A DNA stretch of 29,612 nt, from positions 1 to 29,612 of the forward strand of contig JBEQLE010000054.1 of assembly GCA_040326155.1 (NCBI GenBank), read 5' to 3'. Position 1 is the first letter of the stretch, and the number at the start of each line of letters is the position of its first letter. The position numbers and the translations under genes are program-made. This DNA is from Leptospirales bacterium. GTDB lineage: Bacteria; Spirochaetota; Leptospiria; Turneriellales; JAOUFE01. The notes beneath the pieces were generated by a model, which was given only the letters and a program-made list of their open reading frames with translations, ran no database searches and had not been told where the DNA came from. Of this stretch, positions 19,231 through 29,538 are shown piece after piece.

Positions 19231-20229
19231 ATGAATATGAATAACAAAATGAAAGCTGTTGTGTATGAAAAATATGGTGCGCCTGAGGTGCTTCATATGG
19301 TAGAAGTAGAAAAACCTGTTCCCAAAGAAAATGAGGTTCTCATAAAAATATATTCGACAACGGTTAGCGCAGCAGACTGGAGAGCTCGAAGTCTTATTAT
19401 ACCTTATGGGTTCAAACATATTTCACATCTGGTGTTTGGAGTTTCAAAACCAAGACAACCCATTCTCGGTATGGAACTGGCCGGAGAAGTAGAGTCCATC
19501 GGCAAAGGTGTAACTAAATATAAAGCCGGAGATAAGGTTTTTGCCGCTACTGGAATCACCATGGGCTGTTACGCCCAATACAAATGTATGCCGGAAGATG
19601 GAGCGGTGGCATTAAAGCCCGATAACTTGAGCTTCGATGAAGCAGCTGCGCTGACGTTTGGTGGAATAACCGCATTGCATTTTTTTCGAAAGGCAAAACT
19701 TCAGCCTGGCGAAAAAGTTCTTATTAATGGAGCTTCCGGAGCGGTAGGCACTGCCGCTTTGCAACTTGCCAGACATTTCGGAGCAGATATTACCGCCATA
19801 TGTAGTGGACCAAATACCGAGCTGGTAAAATCTTTAGGCGCAAACCATGTAATTGATTACACAAAAGAAGATTTTACAAAAAATGGCGAAACCTATGACG
19901 TTATTATGGATAATGTTGGTACGGCTCCATTTTCTCGCAGTAAAAATTCTCTGACGAAACAAGGGCGCTTTCTTTTGATTTTAGGCACACTGCTAAACCT
20001 GCTTCAGATACCAATTGTATCGCTGACAAGCAGCAAAAAAATTTTCGGGGGGTCGGCATCTACTAGTGTTGAGGATCTGCAATTTCTTGCGGAACTGGCC
20101 GAAAATGGTGAATTCAGACCATTCATAGATCGACGCTACCCGTTAGAAGAAATTGTCGAGGCTCACCGATATGTCGACACGGGGCGCAAAAGGGGAAATG
20201 TAATTATTACTGTAAAAAAAGAGAAGTGA
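19231..20229 (+). CDS. MDR-superfamily NAD(P)-dependent oxidoreductase (quinone-reductase-like, no Zn ligands)
   Basis: MKAVVYEKYGAPEVL, ILGMELAGEV, VLINGASGAVG and GRKRGNVII. Confidence 0.9.
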   Translation: MNMNNKMKAVVYEKYGAPEVLHMVEVEKPVPKENEVLIKIYSTTVSAADWRARSLIIPYGFKHISHLVFGVSKPRQPILGMELAGEVESIGKGVTKYKAGDKVFAATGITMGCYAQYKCMPEDGAVALKPDNLSFDEAAALTFGGITALHFFRKAKLQPGEKVLINGASGAVGTAALQLARHFGADITAICSGPNTELVKSLGANHVIDYTKEDFTKNGETYDVIMDNVGTAPFSRSKNSLTKQGRFLLILGTLLNLLQIPIVSLTSSKKIFGGSASTSVEDLQFLAELAENGEFRPFIDRRYPLEEIVEAHRYVDTGRKRGNVIITVKKEK

Positions 20230-20245
20230 AAAAGTATTCTTTTGA

Positions 20246-21082
20246 CTATTTTATGTTGAAATAACCTACCCTGCCATAAACAGGATGGTATTTCAACTCG
20301 GGGGGTTTTTTATCAATTTCGATTGTTTCATCAACGCGGTATAAGTATACGTATTCACCTTCTGGAAGACTTTTTACAATTTCGAAATAACCGTCTTTTG
20401 TTCTTTGCATTCTGTCTAAGCCGGAATCCCAGTTGTTAAAAGAACCGATTAAAGAGACATACCGGGCATTTGGTGCATAGAAACGAAATAATACCTTACG
20501 GTTGTCCTGGGTATCGTCGCCTAAAACTAAAATACCCTCTTTGGGTTTCATATAATCTGAATCTAAATAATACAGAGAAATTAGACCCCCGGCTCGGTCA
20601 TCTTCGTATTGATCATGAGAAGTGTCATGAACGTAAAGTCCATCTACAACGTATTTATAACGTACGGTCTTTTCAGGCTGTTTACTTTCATACTCCGTTC
20701 GTGGTAACAGGTAATACCATACACCGCGAGAATTTCTGTACATTTTATGTTTTTTATACCTGTCTAAGCTCGATATAAAATAGACTTCCCTCGCCTGATA
20801 ATTTTTATAGGTAAATAATACTCCCGATTGTAAAATCGTTCCGTTCATACCGGAATTTTGAGTATCTATTAAATGAATATACCGAGGAAATACGCTTTGG
20901 CGAAGGTTTTGTAAATGGCGTTGAGAGTAAGTTTTTGTATCGCTTTTTTCACCCTGTGTTAAAATATCGGAGTTATAACCAAATATAGTTACAAAACGAC
21001 CTGCGGGAATGGCTAAAAAAAGGAATAAAGTGACATAAAAAAAAAGTTGACGGGGAATTTTAGCTTGCATACGATTATTCAT
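20246..21082 (-). CDS. Membrane-anchored glycogen-binding (CBM48/AMPK-beta-like) domain protein
   Basis: N-terminal hydrophobic segment; two E-set-like repeats (VLFTY...GVW...YKYVVDG and VLFRFYAPNA..VSLIGSFNNW...GEY.YLYRVD). The start is uncertain. Confidence 0.75.
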   Translation of the reverse strand: MNNRMQAKIPRQLFFYVTLFLFLAIPAGRFVTIFGYNSDILTQGEKSDTKTYSQRHLQNLRQSVFPRYIHLIDTQNSGMNGTILQSGVLFTYKNYQAREVYFISSLDRYKKHKMYRNSRGVWYYLLPRTEYESKQPEKTVRYKYVVDGLYVHDTSHDQYEDDRAGGLISLYYLDSDYMKPKEGILVLGDDTQDNRKVLFRFYAPNARYVSLIGSFNNWDSGLDRMQRTKDGYFEIVKSLPEGEYVYLYRVDETIEIDKKPPELKYHPVYGRVGYFNIK

Positions 21083-21177
21083 ATTATCCTGTATATTTCT
21101 CGTTAATACCAATTGAACTTTAGCCGATATTAATTATGTCGACAAGTTAATTAGATCAATTAGTAAAATCTGGTTCT

Positions 21178-24100
21178 ATGTTTAGAAAAAAGAAAAAGAA
21201 AAAAATAGTTGAAGAAGTTGAAAGCAAGGAAGTCGAGTACTCGGATGATGAGCTCGGTATTATTAAAGAGCTGTTAACCGACTTCGAAAAAGCCCCCGGT
21301 CAAGTCGATATGGATCTCGACGAAACTGAAGAAGAGAAACCGGAGGCCATACCTGAAGCCGCCGAAGAAATTAGCGCCCCACCGACCGAGACACCATCGG
21401 GAATGGAAGAATTCGATGATCTTCTGGATATCGACAGTCTGGATGAAGTCAAGGTCGCAGAAACCGAACCCCAACCCGAACCAGAACCGGCAGCGGACGA
21501 AGCGCCTGCAATCGACGAAAATACCGAAATTGTAGATGTCGGCGATCTAGATGACCTTCTTCCTGACGATACAGCCGAACCAGAACCGGCGCCAACAGAA
21601 CCCGGCTTAGATTTAGACAGCGTTATAGATAATATAGAAGAAACTGAACTCAATTTACCATCCGACGACCAAACAGACACGGACATAGATGCACCTGTAG
21701 AGGGAGCAGAACCAGATTTAGACATAGACCTCGACGATATACCAACAGATACGGTTGAACCCGATGCAGGCATAGATCTTGATATGCCAACGGATACGGC
21801 GGAACCTGATTTAGACATAGATCTCGATAATATACCAACGGATACAGCTGAACCCGATTTGGACATTGATCTCGATACGCCAACAGATACGACTGAACCC
21901 GATTTGGACATTGATCTCGATAATATACCAACGGATACGGCGGAACCCGACCTGGGCATAGATCTCGATATGCCAACGGATACGGCTGAACCCGATTTGG
22001 ACATTGATCTCGATACGCCAACAGATACGGCGGAACCCGACTTGGGCATAGACCTCGATACGCCAACGGATACTGCGGAACCCGACTTGGGCATAGACCT
22101 CGATACGCCAACAGATACGGATGAACCCGACCTGGGCATGGACTTCGATACGCCAACGGATGCAGCTGAACCCGACCTGGGCATGGACTTCGATATGCCA
22201 ACGGATACTGCGGAACCCGACTTGGGCATAGACCTCGATACGCCAACAGATACGGATGAACCCGATCTAGGCATGGACATGTCGGGGCCCTTAGATGCAG
22301 GAATCGATGACATGGGGCCTCCCTCACTGGATGAGTTATCTCCCGAACTGGCCGTTCAATCCCCAAAATCATCAAGTATGGATTTAAGTTCGGAGTTATC
22401 TGAACTTGCAATGGAACATACAGCCGAAATACCGCAAGAAGATTTAAACACACTTAGACGAAACCTGAAAGGGTTTACCCCACCCGTTCGCCAGGCTGTT
22501 ATTGAAACTATATTAAATAATAAACTGCAGAAAAGTCAGAATGAAGAACTCATTCGTAAAATAGTTTCTGGAGCGGCTGAAGCTGATGTAAAAGAGTTTA
22601 TAGAAGCAAACCTTGATCTTAAATTATCAGATTTAATTCCTAAAGCCGAGGTGGCGCGAAAAGTCATCGTTTCCAGACCCCAGTATTCCGAAAGAGGGCT
22701 GCAGCGTCAGGCCAAGTTTCTAAAACTTTCTAAATACGCAGTTATTGCAGCGCTTGCGCTAACCATTATTGGAAGCGCCAGTTGGATAATAGGTATTAAA
22801 AAATATCTATATAAAAAGAGTATTTCAAATGGCGTTGATATAATTCGACTTAAAACGGATGGTTCGATAGATAAAGCGGAAGATTTTTTTCAGGACGCTG
22901 TTGCATACTATCCGAACAAGTCTGAAGCCTACCTGCGTTTTGCCGAAGCTTACCGCCTCATGGGTAAATATGATCAGGCGTTTGAAAAACTTTTCGGTAA
23001 AATTAAACTGGTACCCGAAAGTAAAAGAGCTATTCGATACAGTGGGCGAGAGATCTCAAAAAATGACAAACTGTTTTTTCAAATAATCAAGCAAGTGCCT
23101 ATCATTTCATATGAGATAGAATCGGGAAAGAAAGTAATTGTCCCGCAGCAAAGTTCCCTTTTAAGCGGTGTTTTTACCTGGATGTTTGGCGAAAATATAG
23201 AAGAAAATGAAAAAATTCTTATTATGAATGGGCTTAGGTGGAAAGTCGAAAAAGAGGGAGCCTATATTATTACTCACCTCCGAAATCAAAAAGATGAATC
23301 ACTTGTACTGCATGCTCTCGGAACGTTTCATTCGAGTCCGGCTTCAAGTTTCGCAAGTTCAATTTACAGAAATAATCAACTTGGTATTGCCTACTTCCAG
23401 AGAATGTTGAATTTTGAAACAGCCTCCCCTACTTTCCAAAAAGAGGATTATTTAAGTAAAGCCGTCTTAGGAATTGGAAATGTTTATTATAACCAGGGCG
23501 ATTACGATAAAGCTCATGACTACTTCGATAAAATACGGCGCAAAGACCCTAAAAACGTTGATGCACAAAGTGGTTTAATGCGCACACTAATAAAAATTTA
23601 CTCGCAAACTGACGACCCTAGAATGATTATTCAACAACACAGTAAAATAAAACATACATTAGATATAGAAGACGAACTGCCTTTGCATATACAGGCAAAA
23701 CTTGCCGAGTTCTATATTAACCTGCCCGAAGGCGAAAACCTGAGAATGCAATATAATGTTTCTCCTATTGATAAAGTAAACAATAGAACGTTGAAAAGTA
23801 GAGCCGAAGACCTTTTAGGTCTGATATTTAACAACACAGAAAAAGATATCTATGGAAACACCAAAGAAGGTAAAACTTTTGCGGAGGGGTATTACCAGCG
23901 AGGACGCTATTATCGATATGTAGTAAAAGAAGTTCGAATGGCGATGACACAGTTTGAATATGCCGTTAAATATAATCCGAATCACTATATGGCGCTGAAT
24001 GACCGTGCAGAAATTTTAATAGAACTTCACGACTACAGACAGGCCCAACAATACTTGACACAGGCAATTGCTATTATGGAAGCCAAGAACAATTTGACAA

Positions 24101-24891
24101 ACCTGGGCGACCATCCTGAGGACGAAACACTCATTGATGCAGATATTGGAAAAGTATATTTCAATATGGGTAAATCAATGTACCTTTCTAAAGTTATACA
24201 TCTTGATACGAACGCAGACCGGTTTCGCATAAACGAAATTAGTAAGTACAATACAGCGACAGAATCGAACAAAAACGCTTTGTTTGCCCAGCTCGCGAAA
24301 ACAAACTACTTTTTTAAAAAAGCAGCTCAGGTTGGGGTTAAAAATGATCAGGTTAGAGCTGAACTCGATTATTACCGTGGCTGGTATCACTATGTAAATA
24401 ATGAATACAGAGAAGCTCTATTTCATTGGCAATCTATTGAACAAAAATGGGATAAGAAATATTCCAACCTTGAATTGGCAAAATCGTTTGCATTGTATAA
24501 CCTGGCCCGTGGAAACGAAAATGATAGAAAAAAACTTTTAAGCATGGCCCTGGGTCACCTTGTTTACATTCATAAACAATTAACACCCCGCGCCGCCCAC
24601 ATAGGAAATATTCGTCTAGCCAATATGGAGCATGTTATGCTTTATACCAAACTATCTATTGTAGAAAATAATATTGGGGCGATCTTTGAGATGATGGGAA
24701 ATGAAAATGAAAAAGAGGCTCTCGACCATTACTGGAAATCGGTTGAGTATGCTAATAAAATATCGCGGGAAAATGAAATCGCCCGTATGAACATTCGACT
24801 GGGTTTTAAACGCAAAGGTTTAGAACCAAAAGAGAAACATCCATTAATTATGGATTTTGTCTCCCCCTACCTCCAGGATCAATCACTTTGA
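21178..24891 (+). CDS. flcA: FlcA-like spirochaete periplasmic flagellar collar protein (acidic N-terminus, one TM, TPRs)
   Basis: Long acidic cytoplasmic region, LRRNLKGFTPPVRQAV segment, single TM and multiple TPR motifs. The call rests on architecture. Confidence 0.55.
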   Translation: MFRKKKKKKIVEEVESKEVEYSDDELGIIKELLTDFEKAPGQVDMDLDETEEEKPEAIPEAAEEISAPPTETPSGMEEFDDLLDIDSLDEVKVAETEPQPEPEPAADEAPAIDENTEIVDVGDLDDLLPDDTAEPEPAPTEPGLDLDSVIDNIEETELNLPSDDQTDTDIDAPVEGAEPDLDIDLDDIPTDTVEPDAGIDLDMPTDTAEPDLDIDLDNIPTDTAEPDLDIDLDTPTDTTEPDLDIDLDNIPTDTAEPDLGIDLDMPTDTAEPDLDIDLDTPTDTAEPDLGIDLDTPTDTAEPDLGIDLDTPTDTDEPDLGMDFDTPTDAAEPDLGMDFDMPTDTAEPDLGIDLDTPTDTDEPDLGMDMSGPLDAGIDDMGPPSLDELSPELAVQSPKSSSMDLSSELSELAMEHTAEIPQEDLNTLRRNLKGFTPPVRQAVIETILNNKLQKSQNEELIRKIVSGAAEADVKEFIEANLDLKLSDLIPKAEVARKVIVSRPQYSERGLQRQAKFLKLSKYAVIAALALTIIGSASWIIGIKKYLYKKSISNGVDIIRLKTDGSIDKAEDFFQDAVAYYPNKSEAYLRFAEAYRLMGKYDQAFEKLFGKIKLVPESKRAIRYSGREISKNDKLFFQIIKQVPIISYEIESGKKVIVPQQSSLLSGVFTWMFGENIEENEKILIMNGLRWKVEKEGAYIITHLRNQKDESLVLHALGTFHSSPASSFASSIYRNNQLGIAYFQRMLNFETASPTFQKEDYLSKAVLGIGNVYYNQGDYDKAHDYFDKIRRKDPKNVDAQSGLMRTLIKIYSQTDDPRMIIQQHSKIKHTLDIEDELPLHIQAKLAEFYINLPEGENLRMQYNVSPIDKVNNRTLKSRAEDLLGLIFNNTEKDIYGNTKEGKTFAEGYYQRGRYYRYVVKEVRMAMTQFEYAVKYNPNHYMALNDRAEILIELHDYRQAQQYLTQAIAIMEAKNNLTNLGDHPEDETLIDADIGKVYFNMGKSMYLSKVIHLDTNADRFRINEISKYNTATESNKNALFAQLAKTNYFFKKAAQVGVKNDQVRAELDYYRGWYHYVNNEYREALFHWQSIEQKWDKKYSNLELAKSFALYNLARGNENDRKKLLSMALGHLVYIHKQLTPRAAHIGNIRLANMEHVMLYTKLSIVENNIGAIFEMMGNENEKEALDHYWKSVEYANKISRENEIARMNIRLGFKRKGLEPKEKHPLIMDFVSPYLQDQSL
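21706..22281 (+). repeat. Intragenic tandem repeat: 13 units of 45/48 nt encoding about DTAEPDLGIDLDTPT
   Basis: 13 EPD-containing units counted in the translation; DNA unit is about gatacggcggaacccgacttgggcatagacctcgatacgccaaca. Confidence 0.93.
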
Positions 24892-26624
24892 AAAAATTTG
24901 TATATGTAGCCATTATACTAGCTTTCGTTTCTGGTTTCTGGATAGCGGTTACGCTTCTAACCAGGGCCATTCAATTAAATAAATACGACCACTCGTTGCG
25001 TATTGTAGCGTCTAAAATATCATCACAATTATCAGATGAACAATTAGTTCAGCAGGCATTTATCTTTTTTGTAAAACTCGATAATAGTGATGACATCAGC
25101 TCACTTTTACCTGGAGCTCTGTTCCTAAATAAACTAAACCTGCCTAAAGAAAAAAATGGCAGCGATGATTTATTTAAACTGCATGAACAAATGGAAGTTA
25201 TTCATAATATCTATATGGAAAAAAATGTACCCCCTCCTATTTTCACCATCGATCAAGAGTGGGGTTATATTCGACGGTTGCAAAAAGATTTTACCGATTT
25301 TCCATCTGCCATGGCTTTGGGTGAAGCAGTTGAGGAAACCGACCATTATCATCTTGCGATGTTACAGGGTTTTTACACATGTCTTGAACTTCGCAAAAAT
25401 GGCATTCAATGGCCTTTTATACCGGTAGCCGATGTTCAAACAAACCCGAATAATCCTGTTATTGGCGTTCGATCTTTTGGTTCTAAACCTGAAGTTGTGA
25501 CAAAAATTACACAAGAGTTTATTTTAGGAATGCAAACAGCAAGATGTATGGGCACCATGAAACATTTTCCCGGTCATGGAGATACTTCGCTTGATTCTCA
25601 CAGAAATTTACCAGTTGTAAACCGCGAACTTACGGAGCTGGAAAAATCCGAACTCTATCCATATAAAACGATTCTAACTTCCGACGATCCTCCCTACTCC
25701 ATTATGAGCGCGCATATAGTTTTTTCTAAACTTTCACCCGAGCCGGCGACCCTGTCAAAATTCTGGCTGGAAGAAAAATTGAAAACCGAATGGGCTTACA
25801 AAGGTCTGGTTATTACGGACGACCTTGAAATGAATGCGGTAATAATTTACGGCAGCCAAAATGGTATTTCGGATATTCCCCTGGAGGCATTTTTATCTGG
25901 CGTCGACATGCTTTTACTATTAACAAATAGAGAAAAATCGGAGCGTGCGGTTAAGAATCTATTGTCTTATATTTCTAAACACCCCGATGCAAAAAGCAGG
26001 CTCATTCGAGCCGTTGAAAAAGTATTATTTTATAAATTGAAAATGGGTACTTTAGATCGCTACCTTGTTGACACTAAAATTGAGTGGAACAAAGACGAAA
26101 GAAAAGCGATCAATATGATCTTAGCCTACTCTCTGGAGCAAGAAGAAAATATTCGAAGTATCGAGGGACAACTTGCAACCGCAGAATCTGTTAACAATTT
26201 TCTTTCTGAACATGCAATTAAAACTCTGGTAAACCCTTCGGGTAAAAAAGGATTTTCTTACGAAAATATTCTTTATACGGACCTGCCAAAAACAGACCCC
26301 GCTTTTTTACTGCTGAGTGAAAACAAAGTTAAAACGTTTCCTATGTCAAAAATTCAAAATGCAGATTGTGCAAATGCTTGTGTAATACTCCATGTAGGTA
26401 AATACTCTTTAAGAAATGTTTTGCGCATGAAGGGTTCGCAACCTGTGGTAATATTTTCTGTTGCCGATCCGTTTCCTGCGCGCAAATATCTTCCTTTGTT
26501 CGGACCAAATGATATTTTTATTACGTCCTTTTCTAATACCGATACATCGGTGAAAGCTTTGGTGAATTCTTATTTGAAACGAAAGTTACCGCCGAAAGCG
26601 GCCGTAATCTACAATTATAATTAA
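24888..26624 (+). CDS. nagZ: GH3 beta-N-acetylglucosaminidase (NagZ-like) with N-terminal membrane anchor
   Basis: IDQEWG, PVADV, NPVIGVRSFG, KHFPGHGDTSLDSH, IMSAH and VITDDLEM. Its TTG start overlaps the upstream TGA. Confidence 0.85.
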   Translation: MKKFVYVAIILAFVSGFWIAVTLLTRAIQLNKYDHSLRIVASKISSQLSDEQLVQQAFIFFVKLDNSDDISSLLPGALFLNKLNLPKEKNGSDDLFKLHEQMEVIHNIYMEKNVPPPIFTIDQEWGYIRRLQKDFTDFPSAMALGEAVEETDHYHLAMLQGFYTCLELRKNGIQWPFIPVADVQTNPNNPVIGVRSFGSKPEVVTKITQEFILGMQTARCMGTMKHFPGHGDTSLDSHRNLPVVNRELTELEKSELYPYKTILTSDDPPYSIMSAHIVFSKLSPEPATLSKFWLEEKLKTEWAYKGLVITDDLEMNAVIIYGSQNGISDIPLEAFLSGVDMLLLLTNREKSERAVKNLLSYISKHPDAKSRLIRAVEKVLFYKLKMGTLDRYLVDTKIEWNKDERKAINMILAYSLEQEENIRSIEGQLATAESVNNFLSEHAIKTLVNPSGKKGFSYENILYTDLPKTDPAFLLLSENKVKTFPMSKIQNADCANACVILHVGKYSLRNVLRMKGSQPVVIFSVADPFPARKYLPLFGPNDIFITSFSNTDTSVKALVNSYLKRKLPPKAAVIYNYN

Positions 26625-27232
26625 TAAATATCGGAAATTTCGCCTTTGCCCTCGCGAAGTACTTCGGGGGGAAATGTTCTCATATCCAGTACGGTTGAAA
26701 AAGCAGGTTCTATGGGCCCGCAATCGACAACAGCTTCAATCTGTTTTCCATATTTTTCGTCTAGCTCTTCGGGGTATGTCAGAAAATCTTCATCGGTAAA
26801 AACAGAGGTGCCAATTAAAGGTTGTTCCAACCTGGCCAGTAAATCTTGAATAACCGGATGTTCGATAATTCTAATTCCTACGGTTTTTTGTTTGGTAATT
26901 GAATATTGTGAAAGTTTTTTTGAGGCTTGAAAAACCAAGGTATACGGGCCCGGAAGATGGGCTTTTCCCCACCTGTACGCCTGGTTTCCCGTCATTCGTA
27001 TATATTGAGAAGCCTGAGAAAAATCGCGGCAATACAGACTCAATGGTTTTTTACCCACCGGAAGCGATTTCAGTTGATAAAGTTTTTCAATCGATTTTTT
27101 ATTATCGGGAACTGTTACAAACGCATACACGGTGTCGGTCGGTAGAATATAAATTTTACCTTTATTTAGTTGCGCTGCAATTTCATCCATCACCTGTTTT
27201 TTGGGGTTATCTCTGTGTACCGGTTTTAACAT
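26621..27232 (-). CDS. Sua5/YrdC/YciO-family protein (threonylcarbamoyl-AMP synthase-like)
   Basis: PTDTVY, KPLS, LPGPYT, TVGIR, GTS and STVLD...LREGKG. Confidence 0.9.
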   Translation of the reverse strand: MLKPVHRDNPKKQVMDEIAAQLNKGKIYILPTDTVYAFVTVPDNKKSIEKLYQLKSLPVGKKPLSLYCRDFSQASQYIRMTGNQAYRWGKAHLPGPYTLVFQASKKLSQYSITKQKTVGIRIIEHPVIQDLLARLEQPLIGTSVFTDEDFLTYPEELDEKYGKQIEAVVDCGPIEPAFSTVLDMRTFPPEVLREGKGEISDIY

Positions 27233-27252
27233 ATCTTACCTTTCATATATAC

Positions 27253-28350
27253 TTATACAATTAACATGGTATCGCCATAAGAAAAAAACATAAATTCATT
27301 ATGAATTGCATAGTCATACGCATTCATTATGAATTCTTTTTTAGTCATACAACTTACAAGCATTAACAGACTTGAACCCGGTAAATGAAAGTTTGTAATC
27401 AGGCCGTCCACCGATTTAATTTCATACGGGGGTTTTAAAAATATATTTGTCTCGCCTTCTAAAAAAGAGTCGTAACGTCCTTCACTTTTTTGATACACGG
27501 TTTCAAGAACCCGCAACGTTGTAGTGCCAACGGCGATTAAACGATTATATTTTTTTTGGCGAAGAATATCAGCGGTTTTTTCATCAACAACGTAATACTC
27601 AGGATGCAGACTTTTCGTCTCAAAATTCTCTTTTGTCAAGGGAGCAAACGTGCCATACCCGACATGTAAAGTCACGTGCGCAATTTGTACCCCTTTGGCG
27701 CGTAATTTCTTTTGAAGTGTATCGGTAAAATGCAAGGACGCTGTTGGAGCGGCAGCCGAACCGAAATATTTTCCAAAAGGGTTTTGGTAGTTTTCTCTAT
27801 CGCCATTTTCCTCTTCTCGTTTTAAATAGGGAGGAATGGGCATCTGGCCAATCTTAAAAAAAAGATCTGAAGTCAGGGGAACTTTCGATTCTAAAATAGT
27901 TCTGCCGTCCTCTTTCTTATGGACAATAAATTCCATATCGGGGTTTTTCTCGCAGGTTAACAACTCGCCGTCATTTAACCGCTGCCGTTTTTTTACCAAA
28001 GCTTTCCAATACTCTGAGCCGGGGTTCTTATTATTTTCCGGTTCCACCTTTTGTAAAAAAACCGTTTCAATTCTGGCGCCTTGTATTTTTGTACTATTTT
28101 TATTGTGAAGAGAACTCCTGCGCATAAAAACTCTACGAGCTTCTACGGCAGTGTCATTAATCAACAATAAATCACCCTCTTGTAGAGTTTCAGATAGAGC
28201 ATAAAATGGTTGCTGCGACACATCACCCGATTTACGATCGAGCAATAACATTCGACAATGGTCTGGTGGGTCACTCGGATATTTTGCAATCAACTCTTCA
28301 GGCAGCTCGTATAAATACGGTTCTATATCAGGTACGACCTTTCGTTGCAT
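27253..28350 (-). CDS. queA: S-adenosylmethionine:tRNA ribosyltransferase-isomerase
   Basis: YELPEELIA.YP, GQMPIPPY, AAPTASLHF, TLHVGYGTF, AVGTT, ITNFHLP and FFSYGD. The start is uncertain (ATG 28350, or 28419 as in the track). Confidence 0.95.
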   Translation of the reverse strand: MQRKVVPDIEPYLYELPEELIAKYPSDPPDHCRMLLLDRKSGDVSQQPFYALSETLQEGDLLLINDTAVEARRVFMRRSSLHNKNSTKIQGARIETVFLQKVEPENNKNPGSEYWKALVKKRQRLNDGELLTCEKNPDMEFIVHKKEDGRTILESKVPLTSDLFFKIGQMPIPPYLKREEENGDRENYQNPFGKYFGSAAAPTASLHFTDTLQKKLRAKGVQIAHVTLHVGYGTFAPLTKENFETKSLHPEYYVVDEKTADILRQKKYNRLIAVGTTTLRVLETVYQKSEGRYDSFLEGETNIFLKPPYEIKSVDGLITNFHLPGSSLLMLVSCMTKKEFIMNAYDYAIHNEFMFFSYGDTMLIV

Positions 28351-28429
28351 AAGAACAGGCAATGGTGTTGAAACATCTCGTATAATACTTTTTGCTTGCA
28401 CCTGCGTCGAGAATTTCAATACACACTCT

Positions 28430-29530
28430 ATGAGCCCTGAAAAGACGCCGAACGCATTGGAATATTATAATAGCTTCTTGAAAGCGCCACTGACCGAGCA
28501 AGAACGAACGGACCTGGAACAAAACAAAGAAGATTATCTGAAAAATGGCTCTTTTGAGGGAGAACTTGCCTTCGGTACCGGTGGTGTGCGTGAAATTGTC
28601 AGCTCCGGTTCAGCGCGATTAAATGTATATAATATTGCCAGACTTACCTCTGCTTTAGCTAAAGCCGTCATCGATCATTTTGGTAAAAACCAAAAAGTAA
28701 TTCTTGCCGCAGATTCACGCCTCACTTCACCCCTGTTTTCTACAATATCAGCTTATGTATTACAACAAGAAGGGCTTCAACCGATTTTGTTTCATCGCCC
28801 TACCCCTACACCGATATTATCTTTTGCCGTTCGAGAGTATAAGGCTTCGGCAGGAATTGTAATTACCGCCTCTCATAACCCACCCGAGTACAATGGATTT
28901 AAAGTCTATTGGAACGATGGCGCTCAAATTGTATCGCCGCTCGATAAAGAAATTGAAGCAAATTTTCATACCATAACCTATGAATCTTTGTCGTCTGAAC
29001 TTAATTCCATTGAACATTTTGAAAACATTAATACAGATATAACCGAAGAAGACACTTTCGAAAAATATATCGACAAATTACTGAAAGAGGATTTTATAAA
29101 AACTGGCATAGAAAAAAAATCCTCGATACTGTACTCGCCGCTTCATGGAACCGGAGGGTGGTTTTTCGAACGCCTTTTTCAAAGGATGGGATATAACAAA
29201 TTTTCTGTTCTCAAAGAGCAAGGTCAACCTGATGGTAATTTCCCCACCATAGGTTTACCCAACCCTGAAGAAGAAATATCCTTTGATCTTCTCAAAGAAG
29301 AGGGTTTAAAGCATAAAACTAAATTATTGCTGGCTTCGGACCCGGACGCCGACCGAATTGGCTGCGCCGTTTACCGAGAAGGACAATATGAGTTCTTAAC
29401 CGGAAATCAGATCGGGGCGCTTTTAATGGATCATTTGTTAAAAAATAGTAAGAAAAATTTAGAAACTGGGTATACTTGGATGCAGGCGCATTGTATTTTA
29501 AATCAATACAATTATTATCCGACTCTGTAG
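28430..29530 (+). pseudogene. pgm: Phosphoglucomutase/phosphomannomutase, C-terminally truncated
   Basis: FGTGG, ITASHNP, LHGTG, DPDADR and TGNQIG are present. The protein stops at 366 aa with a non-PGM-like tail, and the sugar-binding loop and domain IV are absent. Confidence 0.75.
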
Positions 29531-29538
29531 GAGGTAGT

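Noticed and set aside
21300..22453. Long antisense ORFs (337 aa and 267 aa)
   Set aside because: They are shadows of the stop-free tandem repeat in the + strand gene.
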